DNA of 32,000 nt from an archaeon (GTDB taxonomy: Archaea > Iainarchaeota > Iainarchaeia > Iainarchaeales > CSSED10-239): positions 90,001 through 122,000 of the forward strand of contig DAOOUC010000002.1 of assembly GCA_035390665.1 (NCBI GenBank). The letters run 5' to 3'. Made by a program: the position numbers and the translations under genes. Of the stretch, positions 31,459 through 32,000 are shown piece after piece (within the stretch, counting starts at the first letter, position 1; every line of letters begins with the position of its first letter). The notes under the pieces were generated by a model that worked only from the letters and a program-made list of their open reading frames with translations, made no database searches and was not told the origin of the DNA.

Positions 31459-32000
31459 ATGGAACAAGAGAAACATTCTTTTGAAACAATTGTTTTAAAT
31501 AATGAAAAAGACGTTCTTGATTTCTATAAGCAAAATCCAACAAAATTTAGGCAAATCTATGATATCTTTGATAAAGAATTACATCTTGGTTCTCATCAAA
31601 AATTTCAGGAATGGGTAAAAGAGCTAGCAGCTGGTCCAAAGACTACTTTTTTTCTAATTACTAATAATAAAGAAGTAATTGGAGCAATCTATGGATATGA
31701 TGTTGTGTTAAAAAAGCATTTTGAGTTATCAATGGTTGGTATAAAAAAAGAATATCAAGGAAAACTCTATGGCACAAAACTTATGGCAAAAGCAATGTCA
31801 ATAATTTTTAGAAAAGGTTATGAAAAGATTGAAATGCTTGCTTTAGAGAAAACAAAAAGAATAAATTCTTATTTAACTGGAGAATTAGCAGATAAATTAG
31901 GAAAAAAAAGAAAATTTATATCAGATTTTGAATATAAATTAACCACAGATCCTAAAAACACCTCTAAGCAAAAAATAACAAGGGTTTCAAAACCGAGAAG
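31459..32000 (+). CDS. GNAT-family N-acetyltransferase with a basic C-terminal region; the 3' end lies outside the window
   Basis: The frame is open from ATG 31459 to the window end, so it is absent from the ORF track. SMVGIKKEYQGKLYGTKLMAKAMSIIFRKGYEKIEM fits GNAT motif A (Q-x-x-G-x-G/A-like). Confidence 0.6.
   Translation, partial: MEQEKHSFETIVLNNEKDVLDFYKQNPTKFRQIYDIFDKELHLGSHQKFQEWVKELAAGPKTTFFLITNNKEVIGAIYGYDVVLKKHFELSMVGIKKEYQGKLYGTKLMAKAMSIIFRKGYEKIEMLALEKTKRINSYLTGELADKLGKKRKFISDFEYKLTTDPKNTSKQKITRVSKPR

Noticed and set aside
1-32000. I searched for CRISPR arrays, rRNA genes, transposases, toxin-antitoxin pairs and restriction-modification or other recognisable defence genes.
   Set aside because: I saw no regularly spaced direct repeats, no rRNA-like GC-rich blocks, and no ORF with transposase, integrase, nuclease-methylase or Cas-like motifs. 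The NYN protein is solitary and sits next to smc, so there is no basis for calling a defence system.

Overview
This window is strongly AT-rich and very tightly packed. There are ATGA-type start/stop overlaps at 7969-7972 and 11417-11420, and convergent stop-codon overlaps at 9837-9840 and 14346-14349. The gene content is archaeal: ribosomal protein L10e/uL16, an NMD3-like protein, a beta-CASP aCPSF-type RNase, archaeal-type GluRS and TyrRS, a FlaI-type secretion NTPase homolog, an A24 prepilin peptidase, recurrent BRE/TATA-like promoter boxes and one tRNA-Arg(CCU). The AT bias, small proteins and sparse metabolism suggest a reduced-genome (DPANN-like) archaeon, but that lineage call is inference only. 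Housekeeping genes are an SlyD-type FKBP, serS, a Nudix hydrolase, an NYN-domain protein, smc, adk, trkH/trkA, ndk, a Trm11-like methyltransferase, tyrS, gltX, an MBL hydrolase, and GNAT fragments at both window edges. Accessory or unknown content falls in three places. Two translationally coupled, membrane-anchored multi-Ig-like surface proteins lie at 7142-9840. A 527-aa protein with a UBA-like head and a coiled coil is coupled to adk. A same-strand cassette at 16586-23675 carries a type IV pilus/archaellum-like assembly set (peptidase, FlaI/PilB homolog, split FlaJ/TadBC-like membrane proteins, DUF192) with no visible pilin. The strongest signal is that the FlaI/PilB homolog is a long intact ORF that has lost the Walker A, Asp-box, Walker B Glu and His-box motifs. 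Catalytic-motif erosion recurs elsewhere: a thioredoxin fold with SGPS instead of CGPC, a His-poor PHP-like domain, and a Gly-poor TrkA loop. Other observations are an L10e with an ~80-aa Ala/Pro/Lys repeat tail encoded by a GC-rich, near-perfect DNA duplication; a 447-bp ORF-free structured spacer; two unlisted micro-ORFs (35-aa K/A/P-rich and 47-aa zinc ribbon); and several hairpin-plus-oligo-T elements. I saw no CRISPR array, rRNA, transposase or integrase.
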